Positions 48,588 through 61,757 of a stretch of 64,000 nucleotides of DNA are shown here, piece by piece. The notes below the pieces were generated by a model, which saw nothing but the letters and a program-made list of their open reading frames with translations, was not told where the DNA came from and did not search any database. The DNA is taken from NCBI RefSeq assembly GCF_006345805.1, contig NC_043004.1, forward strand, positions 37,510,001 through 37,574,000, in the 5' to 3' direction. The translations under genes and the position numbers were made by a program. Position 1 is the stretch's first letter. Every line of letters starts with the position of its first letter. This stretch comes from Octopus sinensis. Lineage: Eukaryota.

Positions 48588-49091
48588 CTAGCAGTATCGC
48601 CCGGCGTTGCTCGGGTTTGTAAGGGAAATAACTATATAAGCATTTTTAGAGAGCTACTTCCCTTATAGATGCCAATTCGGGCTTTCTTAGCCATTTCTGT
48701 TTTGGTGTCTTCAAGCCATGAAGTCGTTGTTCTAAAAGAACGCTGGTCTCCTTGACAACGCTTTACGACGTTGATTTCCTTACACTCCCTTCCCCACAGC
48801 TTCACGAGGGAGGGAAGAAGGGGGAAAAGCAACACAGGTGCAGGTGTGACCATGGACGCCAACTCCGCCGCCATCGACACACGAAAAATTATGCATTAAA
48901 ATGGAATAAAAAAATGATGTTAAATTATTTTTAAAATCGTAGACGCGCGCTAATACTCAGATGGGCTCGATATGAATCACGACTATAAGATACCCGAATC
49001 TGGTTAAACTGCGCCGCAAAATGTGGGAGTAGTTAGGAATCTAAATCGAAGGGGACAGACACTCACACAACTACAGTTTTATATATATAGA
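48588..49091 (-). mobile_element. Non-autonomous Helitron N1, copy 4, with an extra internal segment
   Basis: a|CTAGCAGTATCGCCCGGCG at left and TTTTATATATATAGA|t at right; about 48665-48885 is absent from the other copies. Confidence 0.85.
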
Positions 49092-52000
49092 TATATGTAT
49101 ATACCCACATATATGTGTGTGTGTATGTATGAATTTATATATGTATTTATGCATGTATAGATATATATGTACACAGTTTTCCATGTTAAAAGGTATGATT
49201 AACTTGAAATAGGTTAAGTCGAACATTGACTTAACTCGAAGTAAATTAGCGCTCTATCAATGTAATAGTAATTACTCCTATTGTCTTGAAGTGTAAAGAG
49301 AACTTGAATCGAATGCACCTCAGATTTCTTTGCTCTTATAGTAAAGTAATACTCTGTTATATACAAACTATACAGTTTATAAGTATGTATTTTGGAGAAT
49401 CACAAACGAAAGTTAGTAAACGAAATTCGCATTTACTGTTCAGGAGTATTTGAAACCAGAAATGAGTAAAAAAGCCTGATATTTATTTGATTATGAAAAG
49501 ATTACAATGTGTAGTAGTCATACGTTTTGGTATTAAAGTGTTCACAGTATCACAACTCTTCATTGCATTACATTAAATTATAACATAGTTATTATTTTGA
49601 CTCCATTCCTATAATCTAGAAAAATTTCTTGCAGATAGACATTCTCACTATCTCACTCACAAAATGCCTTTTGCATCCCATCCGTTGAAGTTGTTGACAT
49701 GTTTCCATGGTTCCTTCCTAATCATATACACAAGCACACACACACAAAAACACAAATACACACACTGTTTGGCCTTCGCTTTTCAATTTCGATAATTTTG
49801 TTCCAATTAATTTCAAATTTCGTATATCTTTGTAGTTTGTATGCTATTTATGGGAATAGAAATCTTTTTTTGCCAGAAGTTAATGAATATAAAATAAGTA
49901 GCTTTCGAACTTCACAAATTCAGGGAAATTTTCACCAATCGTTAGCCACCAACACATTCGTAACTGTTTCCATAGTAACAAACGAAGCTGTTATCTGCTT
50001 AATGCTCCTACAAACTCTATGTAACTACATTCTGAACATTCGTTTTTCAATTTTCACTACAATAAATTACATTAATTGTCTTTTTCAAAATAACTATATT
50101 GCTGCAATTTCTCTCGCTGAATCTGATTGTGTTATTTACTCGTTGCAGAAAAACATCTAGGAAAGTATATACAAAACTATTTAATTAATTAATTAATCCC
50201 AGATAATGCACTCGTTTGTGGGACCCTAAAGGTCAACGCTAATCCCAAATTCTAACAAGTAAACAAGTAAAATATGATATATATGTATGTGTGTACGTAT
50301 CTGTATATGTATTTATGCATGTATGTACCTATGTATTTATGTATGTATGTATACATGTGTGCATTTTATTTTCCAACTCACTCTGAAGTCCTTAGTTACG
50401 GTACAATATTGAATACATTACAAATAACAACAACTAAAGCAAAATATCAATGCATTGAACAAAACATTGAGACCCATAATCAATAGATATAATATAGTAT
50501 ATAGAATATAATATATAAACAGATATTTTTGAAAGTTATAAGAATAGTAATTTTACAATCAATATATCATAAAGTTTTGTCAAAACTAATCTGCATACAC
50601 ATGAGGAACGTATATATGCATATGCACACACACATATATATTTTTTCATTTAAACATACTAATATGTACATACGTATTGTATGTTTTGGAATGTAGAATA
50701 ATTCGCAGACTAATTTATATTTATACATATAGAGAGAAACATGGTATACTTTCTCCTCTGTTGTTTATTATTGCAGTAGTTTAAATCTTGCGGGAAGTGG
50801 GGAGGGATTATTTTTAATCATTTAATTAATCTAATTGATTAACCATTTTCTTGAATTACTTTGTCTCAGTTACGGTTGGTTCATTGATAACCAATGAAAT
50901 AAAACAAATTGTAAACAACAAAAGTAGTTGAAAATGTGAATTTATAAGTATGTGTATACACACACACATATACCTAAAATAGAGCATATTACTTTACCTC
51001 TGGTATTTGAGTACTCTTTTTTTCCACCTTGTTTCACATTTATGCGCTTACTCCGGTGTAGAAAAGTTAGGGTTAGAAAAGTTTGAGCGACTCTACACAA
51101 GTAGGAAGAAGAAACAGCTGAAAAAGATGGAACTTTACCCACTGGATTTTTCTCAGAAAAATATACCTTGTTTTGCTTTAATAGTAATTATCAATTTCTG
51201 AATAAAGTTTTTTTAAAATCTAATTTAAATATCTTGATTATTTAATTTGAAAACAATCAGGTTTGTTCACTTCTATCACAAAAGAATCCAATAAAAAGTG
51301 GATAATACTTATGAGTCTTCCTTTCCCATTCCACAAAAGTCTGCTCGGTAGAGCTTCCTGTCACATCTTATATTGTACACAAAGATTTCACATGTTTTAC
51401 TTATTTAATCTTGGTCTCTGCTGTAAGAACTAATTTCAATTAATTTCAAATTAAAAAATAACTTGTAACAACAGTAGAGTAGTATGAAGGTAAATATTGT
51501 AGGGAAAAATTGTACTCTTCCTTTATCTGAAGTTACTTAAAAAGAGGGAGACACCGTGGCTTTTCCACAATCACATGCCATTAAAACACACAAATATTGT
51601 GTCATTATTTTATTATCTCAGGATTTTTCAGCACAGCTATTGTTTAATTATAATTTGTTGATTAATTTTCATATGTATAATCATGAAGTTTTATTTTTAC
51701 TGACAAAAATTGCAGTAATTAGTAAATAACGAAGGTCATAAAGTAATATAAAATTAAAATATTGTATATTGCACCCCAAACCCACTGAATTTTTATTCAA
51801 CTAATGCCACTTTGGAGAGGCCTGTCTTAAACCACAACAGGACAAAGTGAGATATCCTTAGATACATCATATACTATATAGAAATATTATCTCTATAGGA
51901 TATATAAAGGGAAAAGACATCAATATATATACCAGGCATTCTACTCTCAGCTAAAAATGAAGGTAGATAACTATCAATATAGCAGAAGATATCAAAGCTG

Positions 52001-52332
52001 TCTAAATAACAATGGGGTTGTTTAGGGAGGAGATTAGATATACAATAACAGCAACAACAATAAATGGACATTTCAAAGTTTGTCTTTATTTTAAATGTGA
52101 ATTTTTAACAAAGGAGCCAAACCAGTGAAGGGATCACTATATGGTTGATATACCTGCTGGAATTAGTAGCTAAATTCACACGATATCACTGTACAGAAGG
52201 GCATATTGGACAATGTAGTTCTGGGTTCTCTTTGGAAATAGGCATGATGGTCCTGGCTGGAATGCATTTGATTATAAGTCTCTGTTTGACGAAGGTTAAT
52301 ATGAGGCTAAACAACAACAGTTACACAGAAAA

Positions 52333-52520
52333 TCACTTTGCATCTAGGGACAGACATTCAATCGCAGTGAAACATTCAGCTTCTTCAAGAGCTGCACTTA
52401 ATGTTGCGTGTATTTGTGTTTCTGGATCGCAATTTCTGAACCATTCGTTAAGCATCAGGTTGCCTTGTTTTACAGTGTCAATAGACTCATCATCAATTTT
52501 CAGTTCAGTTGTATCAATTC
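52333..52520 (-). CDS. Terminal exon encoding the C-terminal half of a death-fold domain
   Basis: (G)IDTTELKIDD...KQGNLMLNEWFRNCDPETQIHATLSAALEEAECFTAIECLSLDAK* fits the death-domain helix 4-6 pattern ML..W.....AT...L..AL; ttttttag| acceptor (phase 1). Confidence 0.65.
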
Positions 52521-53569
52521 CTAAAAAAATAGCTGCAAAAGACACAATAAGAAATAAATGCAACAACATTAACAATAACATGTGTACTGTAGGTTGTTAT
52601 AAATATAACAAACAAACTTTATCAATAGAGAAATAACTAAGAAACATGAAAAATGTAAGACATTGTTTTCTATTGACAAAAATAACAAAGAGTTTGAATT
52701 AAACGAGATTTTAAAAGAAAATTACACTTGAGAAAATATATGGTAAACGAGGGCAGGAAAGTTTTTGTGAAGGCAAAAGTATATCAGAACCTCAAGAATT
52801 AATATTGACCTCCAACAGTGAAAGCATATGATCCATCCATTTCCTCTGCTCAATATTCTTGAAAGGGCTGTGGGGATAGAGTCCTCAGGCACCTCCTCCA
52901 TAAGGTCCTATCAGAAGCATCCAGCATTAGATGTTCTGGTTGTATTCTTTGATGTGAAGAACTAAGACTATGGATATCATCCAACCATTTCTTTCTTGGC
53001 CTCCTCCTAGATATCCTGTTTCATTGGATTGACTTTAAGAACCTGTCCTGTAATTCATTCCTGCGACATTCTGATCACATGTCTGAGGTACCACATGTGG
53101 AGAAGACGTGGCTCAACCTGGAGAGACTCCCAGATCTCTGAACTATAAATCCTATTGAGTAACATTACTCCAAAGACCCTTTAGAGGAATCCCATATATC
53201 TCTTATTCTAGATTTCAGATCTGATATTCAAAGGGTCATGAAAGTAATGCCCCTCTGTGCAATCTACTACCTTGCAAAGTTCCCAAGAGGACACTGGAAA
53301 TCGAATGATCAGTGATTGTCCAACAGTCGATAACTCTAAGTCAAATTCAATCCCATTTCAAACTTCTCCAATGAACTCCAGGTTCGATCAATTCTACAGA
53401 GCCTATTCAGTTATTATTATGTCAGTCTCAATGAGAGATGCCACCTCCAGTTCAGCTTGACTTGTGCACGTTCATTTTCTGGTAAATTCCCTTAAAGGAA
53501 TTCACTGTTTTTGCCTGAGGAGAATAATAGGATTTCTCTGTGTCACCTTTATTAAATCTCTTTTTATTG

Positions 53570-54130
53570 AAGCATTTATAGACATATGTGTGACACACTA
53601 ATTGTACATATAAGGCAATTTGGTGTAGTTATATGTGCTACATATCGCCCTCCAGATGCCCCAAGCCATGTAGGCAAGTTTGAAGACTGCCTTATAAAAA
53701 TAGAAGTTCTAGTCACATTGGAGCAACACATAAGTGTACTTCTTATGGGAGAACTCAATCTACCCAATGTCAGATGGCCTGAGGGTCTTTCTCTCCCAGG
53801 AATGACACAATGCGAACGAGGACAGGCGAGGTCCCTCCTGAACCTCATCAACACTCTGTACATGGAGCAAGTAATACACCAGCCAGGGCAGGTAACATAC
53901 TGGATCTCTGCTTCACAAATAATATGGATCTCATCCATAATGTGAAAGTGACACCAACACTACTCTCGGATCACAACATGGTAGAGCTGACCATGTACGG
54001 GCCAAAGGAAAGCATGGACATGCAGCCTACAAGAAACTCTCAGAATCTTTCCAGCCTGAACTTCTATAAGGCAAACTGGAAACAAATTGAGAAAGAGATC
54101 CTCAAACAAATCTCACTCGAATCTTTTTAA
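53570..54130 (+). mobile_element. CR1/L2-like LINE endonuclease fragment
   Basis: ICATYRPPD, LLMGELNLPNVRW, RAGNILDLCFTN, LSDHNMV, LNFYKANW (APE-type endonuclease motifs). Confidence 0.85.
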
Positions 54131-55834
54131 ACATGCCAACGGCGATGCTGTTAACGATCCTGCTCGAATGATGCCTCTTACATGCCACCGGCACGGAAGC
54201 TAGTTAGCCGCTCTGGCAACGATCATGCTTGGATGGTGCTCTTAGCACCCTACTAGCACGGGGCACAAGTGCCAGTAAGGCGAAGACATTTACAAAAATA
54301 TCCTAAGGCCTCTTCGGAGATTATGAAATACAAACCAAATTACATATACACTTACATAAGTGTGGGTACATACCCATAATAAATCATATACATATACATA
54401 TGAGTGCATATACTCATACTCCTATACATATACACATATAAATAATATAAATCAACAAACATACATATGTTCCATATTCAATGTTACAGTTTTTCAACTT
54501 AATATTGTGATATTACAATGTAGAAAACATACACATATTAATACCCAAATGCAGATACACAGAGTCAAGAGTACATTATATTATTTTATATTAATTTACA
54601 AAATGTCATTAATGTTAACATCATTACCATTACCACTAATGCTACCAATATCATTATTCTTATTATTAATAACACCAATACTAGCAAAACAATATATAGA
54701 TCCCATTATTAGCGATATAATAGCAAAACTAAGGACCACAATAGTACTACAGTACCATGCAAAGCATTAAATATCTGTATATACATAGAAAACAAGAAAT
54801 AAAAACATTCGGTTTACATGATATTAAGATCCACTAGTGCATAGATGTACAAACGAGTGCAAATTTATAATTTCAATTGTGACACAAATACAGTATTACG
54901 TTCAGAAATAGTTACGAATCTAGTGCTAAAATATGATTGGCTTATACATTTAAATTTAAATTACAATTGTCTTCTTTACGGTTGGTTTGTTGAGAAACAT
55001 CTACACACGTACACTTGCAAACGTGCGCCCACACTCACATACACAGACAAATCACAACATAAGAGATACCAGTCCACACACACACACGTTTACATACAGA
55101 TCTACTCATATATATCCATAAAAATGCATACATGCAAGCACGCAAACAACTGTACCTAGTCGAAGTACGTTATTATCATAAGATACATGATTAAAGTAAC
55201 ACCGTATATTTCGTAAACAAATTATCTTGCCACTGAAACTTCTATATCGTTACATTTCTACTAAACCAGCACAGGCATGGGAAAACTATACCAACATTTA
55301 TACACACACACACACGCACATATCCATAAACATTTATACACTCTCATGCACTGTGTCTGCAAACATTCGCATATACATATATACATATTTAAATATGTAT
55401 CTGCGTACTCCTAAATCTCCTATGTATTTTCTTTAACTATATGTAGATAAAAATGTGGGTGGTAGCAGGTAGTCATGCCATGTGCTAGAAACAACAGCTA
55501 AATATTTCAAATATTTTTTTAACAATATGTAGACAAAAACGTGGAAGGTAGCATGTGATCATTCCATGTGCTAGAAACAGCAGCTAAATCTCCTAATTTT
55601 TTCCTTAAATTACATGTCAACAACAGTGGAAGGCCTTGTGCCCGTTGTAGAACTATATATCTTGTGCAGCCAATATCATATTCATGGCTTTTTCCATGTC
55701 TGAGTTCGAATTCTGCCAATACTAACATTCACTTTTAACGTTTTAGTGTCGATAAACAAGAAGCAGGTTCATATCGGGGTCGAAGCAATAAACTAGCAAA
55801 CTCCCACAACAGTTCAGGCCTTCTATCTACTTAC

Positions 55835-56009
55835 TGTGGTGGTGAAAATATTTCCAATTTTTTTCTCAAATTTGGGTCCTTAATAAGGTCCAATGGTGTA
55901 TTATTTAAAAAAATTTTATGGTGAATGTCAGCTGTCTGGCTGACGAGATAACTAGCAACCACTATGCCAGAGAGCCTTCTTTTCTGTTCAGGTTGAGGGC
56001 AGTGCAGCA
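55835..56009 (-). CDS. Exon encoding a terminal ankyrin-like repeat (SGIVVASYLVSQTADIHHK..NNTPLDLIKDPNLRKKL)
   Basis: YLVSQ.AD.HHK...TPLDL is a last-ankyrin-repeat signature like those of Mind-bomb-type proteins; tttgtag| acceptor and CA|gtaagt donor. Confidence 0.6.
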
Positions 56010-56849
56010 CTACAAATGATGAAATATAAAATGATGACAATATTACACAAATATTCATAATAAATGCCCCTAATTACACAAAAGTTCATCTAAATTTACT
56101 CATAGTTTGTTTATCAAGTAATTAAAACAATTACAAAATATTGAGTTCCTACATAATCTTTAATTGAGTCCATTTCCTATTTTCATGTTTTTACTTTATT
56201 TTCAACACTGAGACACCCCTTAAATATATTGTCATTATATTGAGCAGGACAAACCTTATTGATAATTAATGAGTAAATATTTACTTGTCAATCACAAATA
56301 TCACAATATATTCAACAGAAAAATCAAATATAGGAAGAACAAACCAACAAGAACCTATCTATATAATTGGCTTGATAAAGGCAACCAAGTGGCCATACCA
56401 TAAGAAAGGGTATTGTATATATAAATATAACACAACATAAATTATATCAAAAACAAAAACACTTATAACATAACAAAATCAATACCACACAGACATAACC
56501 AAACATATCAATAATGTTTCCATAATTAAGCAAGAAGCATCTTTGAATGATGAAGGTAAAGGAAGCCAGAATTAGTGCCACAGCTGCAGCAGCACACCAA
56601 CACATTGTAATTATTAACAAATTGTTCACACTGTTAGTCTGATAGACAATTCCAGAAGGTGGGGTGGTAGTTGACTGTCAGAGTCAGTTCTTCTCACCAA
56701 AGAGGACATTACAACAATACAACAGAAATCTGTTAGTAAGTGACCTTTATTCATAAAGGGAACAGAGAGTTGCCACATTTGACAATACCAACAGATCTAC
56801 CAATAGTTAGATGCTGTATATATATACATATATGTACCAACCCCCCACA

Positions 56850-57144
56850 CATATATACATATATGGGTACAGGACGTCACAGACAGTAAACAGCATGAAA
56901 TACAGAAACAAAGAGTTGAGTAGATAAACAATGAGAGAAACAAATGGAAAACAGGACAAGTAACATAAAAAACGACCCTTCATCAGCTGTTGGCTGTCCT
57001 TCTACTCCTCATTTCAAGCACTGAACGACAATATGAGTCTTCGAACTACAGTTGCTCTCGCAAACCAAAATACAATTTGGGATTTGCAGAGGGTCAAAGT
57101 TGGCAACAAAAACAGGATAGTGGAGACATACAAGGAAACTGAAT

Positions 57145-57145
<1 letters not shown>
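56850..57145 (-). mobile_element. Probable Penelope-type terminal-repeat remnant
   Basis: - strand ...cagccaacagCTGATGAagggtcg... followed by a T-rich tract; family assignment is inference only. Confidence 0.3.
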
Positions 57146-57182
<37 letters not shown>

Positions 57183-57242
57183 TATATGTGTATATATATA
57201 TATATGTGTATATATATATATATATATATGTGTATATATATA

Positions 57243-57296
<54 letters not shown>
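57146..57296. repeat. (TA)n/(TATG)n microsatellite
   Basis: Directly visible. Confidence 0.95.
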
Positions 57297-57298
<2 letters not shown>

Positions 57299-57600
57299 CA
57301 TCGTTGTCACCATCATTTAACATCCGCCTTCCACGCTGTCATGGATGGGCTGGTTTGACAGGAGCTGGCAAGGCAGAATCCTGCACCAGACTTCTTTGAC
57401 TATTTTGGCAGAATTTTTACAGCTGGATGCTCTTCCTGTACCAACCATTCAACAGAGTGAACTTTGTGCATTTTATGTTGCACAAGCACGGACAAGGTCA
57501 GTTTTGAAAAGGTTTTTACAGCTGGATGCCCTTCCAAATGCCAACCACTTCACAGTGTGGATGTGATGCTTTCTAAGTGGCACAAGCACTGACAGGATCA
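57297..57600 (-). mobile_element. RTE 3'-end fragment
   Basis: catcatttaacatccgccttccacgctgtcatggatggg...gctggatgcccttccaaatgccaaccac. Confidence 0.7.
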
Positions 57601-58739
57601 CCAATTTAATTTGCAAGACAAAAAAATTTTTGAGAGGGGAGGGGGCATTGGAGGTGGCGTACTTGTGTCAGATGAAAGGTTATAGTGAGAGAGAGAGAAA
57701 CAGAAACAGGTGTCTTGCTGTAGAGGAGGTACAAGGTTACCCAACTGGAGAGAGAGAGAGAGAGGGAGAGAGAGATCAGAAAGGAAAACAGTTGTGATGC
57801 CGTAGAGATACATGGTAACCCAACATGATGGAAGTGTACAAGAAGGGGAGAGAGAAAGTGTGTGTGTAGGGGGAGACAGCAGGAGAGAGATGGTGGAAAA
57901 ATGCTGGGCATATCTGAAAGGGGTGGGGATAAGAATATTAATGAGTTGATTGAGTAAAGGAAGAGAGAGAAAGAGACAGTGGCAAGTGCCAGGGCATACT
58001 CTTGAGGTTCAAAGGTCAAGATATAAGTGACAGGATATTGTGAAAATGCATGGTTAGAGAGTGCGGATGGGGTGGGTGGTAAGTGAATAGTGAAGACCTG
58101 TTGTATACCATTCTCATCTCTGAAGTATTTTAATCAGACATTTGATTTAATCTCTGTCGACATCACTGATTTCATCCTGTAGATACTTACCTATTCTTGG
58201 TTGATTTATGTCTACACATCAACCAATTCATACATCTCCAAATACAGATTCTCTTATAAGTATATGCATACACAAACACATACATGCAGACACACGCATC
58301 TGCACAGACACATACACAGACTCATGCATGCACACCCACATAAATACAAAAACATATATTCTCACACAACACAAGGTACATCACCTTATATACACATACA
58401 TAGAGGGGCTCCCATGGCCACAATCCTCTGTCTCTACACCTACAAAGATATCCACACACTTACAAACATGCAGAGATGTATTCCCACAAAGGCACACATG
58501 CACCTATGCCCCAACAGTGCATCATGTGTCGAAACGATTGTAGTGAAGAATAAACAGTGGAATGAATTCCACTTTCCTTCATATTTCATAAAATCTACGG
58601 ACATGAAGAAAATCCTGAAGTATTGGGTTATCACAAATATAAATATTAAGTTTAATTGTACGAACTAAAAGTCATAGGGGATGGGATAAACTACCTGCAT
58701 CAACTTGCTCTAAAAGCAGGTAGTAATATTACATTGCAC

Positions 58740-59425
58740 TTAATGTTAGTGAAAGTTGTGAAAAGTGCAGTTCGATTTTAACAGTTAATTTTTCAAAGCT
58801 ATAATGGAATTGACAAAGGAGCATATTCAGCATATTTTGCTTTATGGTTTCAATAAAGGTAACACAACGGAAAGTGCGAGGAATATTAATGCAGTAGATG
58901 GCAATTGGACAATAAGCATAGACCAGTGTCAATGGTGATTCCAGAAATTCCTGGCCGGAATCTACAGCCTAGAAGACAAGCTTCGTCCTGGGAGATGTGT
59001 AGAGCTCGATGAGGACGTCCTGCAAACCCTCCCTTCATAACTTTTGAGGAACTACCAGAGAAGCTTGGATTTAGTCACTCAACCATTCATCGGCCTCTTT
59101 GTGCCATCGGAAAAATCAGCAAATTGGGTCAATGGGTTCCTCACAAACTTTGCGAATCTAATCCCACACAGATAGCGAATGTGTGATCTTCTTTACTGCC
59201 ACATCTCATGAATGAGCATTTTTTGGACCAAATAGTGACTGGTAATGAGAAATGGGTTTTCTATAAAAATGTCAAGTGCCAAAGACAGTGGGTGGAGAAA
59301 GGAGAAGTACCAGCACCCCAGGGTAAAGAAGGTCTTCACCCACATAAGGTGCTGTTATCTGTTTGGTGAGATTTGAAAGGTTTAGTCTACTTTGAACTTT
59401 TAAACCCATACCAAACGATAAGTAA
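58740..59425 (+). mobile_element. Degenerate mariner transposase fragment
   Basis: MELTKEHIQHILLYGFNKG..ESARNINAV from 58804, WVPHKL, FLDQIVTGNEKWV, HKVLLSVW..GLVYFELL; stops and frameshifts. Confidence 0.85.
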
Positions 59426-59610
59426 TAAGAAACAAGAACAGGAGAAAAGAGGGAGGACAGTTTATTAAAGGAACCCCTGGATATTACTGGTGCAGATTAT
59501 ATTGACCACAGAGTGATAGTAAATATTCTGGTAGGATTTGAACATTGAACATAAAAGAAACAAATGTAAATACTGTAAGGGGATGATTCTGTATTTAGCC
59601 CAGGGTCGGA

Positions 59611-59647
59611 GTAAATAGGGAAACTACAAAGGAGAGAGAGTGAGGAA

Positions 59648-59730
<83 letters not shown>
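59611..59730. repeat. (GA)n microsatellite
   Basis: Directly visible. Confidence 0.95.
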
Positions 59731-59731
<1 letters not shown>

Positions 59732-60018
59732 TAATTCTAGATGGGATGAAAGAAAGAAGAGAGAGGATTTGAACCTGTGACGTTGGGGTAATGGAGAACG
59801 AGATGAAGTAAAGTGTCCAGTCAGGCAACAACAATAACAATTATGGTGATGATTGATTAATGAAGCAGATTACAGTGTTATTTCAGTGCGAAAGAGAGAA
59901 GAAAGACAATGACCCCATGGTGGGATTATGACATGAATGACTCAATGAAAAAGAAACAAACATTATTGAAAACATAATAGAAACAGGTTTGGATATTCCA
60001 GATCCAATGGGGACTTAC

Positions 60019-60173
60019 CGCTGAACTGCCCAATGTAGTGGTGTGTCACCATATTTGTTCACCACATTGGCATCAATGCCAATTTGATTCAATAAGAGCC
60101 CAACAGTTTCTGTGTATCCAATGGTACAGGCACAGTGGAGAGGTGCGTGACCATCAATACCTGGCACATTCAC
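60019..60173 (-). CDS. Ankyrin-repeat exon (VNVPGIDGHAPLHCACTIGYTETVGLLLNQIGIDANVVNKYGDTPLHWAVQ)
   Basis: Manual translation gives two ankyrin consensus turns (G.APLH.AC..G..E.V.LLL; GDTPLH.A); ttttcag| acceptor and CG|gtaagt donor. Not in the ORF track. Confidence 0.88.
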
Positions 60174-60479
60174 CTGAAAAAGAAAAGAATGAAAACATTA
60201 AAAATAGTGTCTGAAAGGGGAGTGGGGTGGTGAAAAATTAAAAGAAAAACTCACAGAAAAGAGAAGAGAAGGAATGAAATTAATTAAACAGGTGGAATGA
60301 TTGGGGTGGGGAGTAGTTAATGGAGATTTCTATTGTATTTGTACACACATACATATTTACATATAAATATATTTATATACATACACACACACACATATAT
60401 ATATATATAGGATGAATAACTCAAATAAACTCATAGAGTAGCAAAATGCACGCGCGTGTGTGTGTTCATACCTACATTT

Positions 60480-60694
60480 ATTCTTTTCTTTTCATTTATT
60501 TCAGTCATGTGACTGTGGCCATGCTGGAACACTGCCGTTAGTTGAGCAAATCAACCCCAGTAAGCCTAGTACTTATTTTATGAGTTTCTTTTGCCGAATT
60601 GCTAAGTTACGGGGACGTAAACAGTATTGGTTGTCAAGCGATGCTGGGGGGAACAAACACAGACACACGCATGTACACACAGACACACATATAT

Positions 60695-60758
<64 letters not shown>

Positions 60759-60930
60759 TATATATATATGCGATGAGCTTCTTTCAGCTCCGTCTACCAA
60801 ATCCACTCACAAGGTTTGCTCAGCCTGATGCTATAGCAGAAGACACTTGCACATTGCACCATGCAGTGAAACTGAACTCAGAACCATGTGGTTGGTAAGC
60901 AAGTTACTTACCACACAGCCACTCCTGTGA

Positions 60931-61000
<70 letters not shown>

Positions 61001-61252
61001 AAATATATATTTTTTACTCTTTTACAGGGGTGTAAACACACCAGCATCGGTTGTCAAGCGATGGTGGATAATGATGATGATGATGATGACAATGGGGTTC
61101 TTTCAGTTTCCGTCTACCACATCAACTCACAAGGCTTTGGACGGCCCAAGACTATAGTAGAAGACACTTACCCAAGTTACCACGTAGTGGGACTGAACCT
61201 GAAACCATATAGTTTGTAAGCAAGTTACATACCAGACAGCCACTGCTGCGCC
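60480..61252 (-). mobile_element. Two tRNA-derived SINEs (60480-60927; partial 61030-61252) with microsatellites
   Basis: Homologous to 15436-15832. Confidence 0.8.
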
Positions 61253-61354
61253 TATATATATATATAGGCGCAGCCTGGGCCTTATGAAGCCTTCCGGCTT
61301 CACAGACGCCAGTTAAACCATCCAACCCATGCTAGCATGGAAAACGGACGCTAA

Positions 61355-61386
<32 letters not shown>

Positions 61387-61631
61387 ATATATGTATATAT
61401 GGTTGTATGTTCCTCGCTTTTTAAAATAAATATTTTTTAATGAAATTTTCTAAAAATCCATCCCTTTCAATGTCTTAATCAACAATTATGTCTGGAGTTG
61501 GGATTCGTTTGAAACTCATCAAATGCTTCCATTTTCTCAACATAATCGTCATCGAAAATCAATGATATTCATTAAAAAAATAAGAAACATTATTATGGGG
61601 AAAAAAAATAAGGGGGCTCAGGAAGTAAACA

Positions 61632-61685
<54 letters not shown>

Positions 61686-61757
61686 ATATATATATATATG
61701 TATATATATACTCATATATACGTGTATATACATATGTATATATATATATATATATAT

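Noticed and set aside
55445-55600. About 87-bp-period direct repeat (ggtagc...ccatgtgctagaaacagcagctaaat)
   Set aside because: Looks like duplicated fragments of a common dispersed repeat; no further structure.
58189-58250. Strong - strand donor (AG|gtaagt) as the missing ankyrin-gene exon
   Set aside because: The frame compatible with the upstream phase-2 donor hits a stop, and no frame shows ankyrin similarity.
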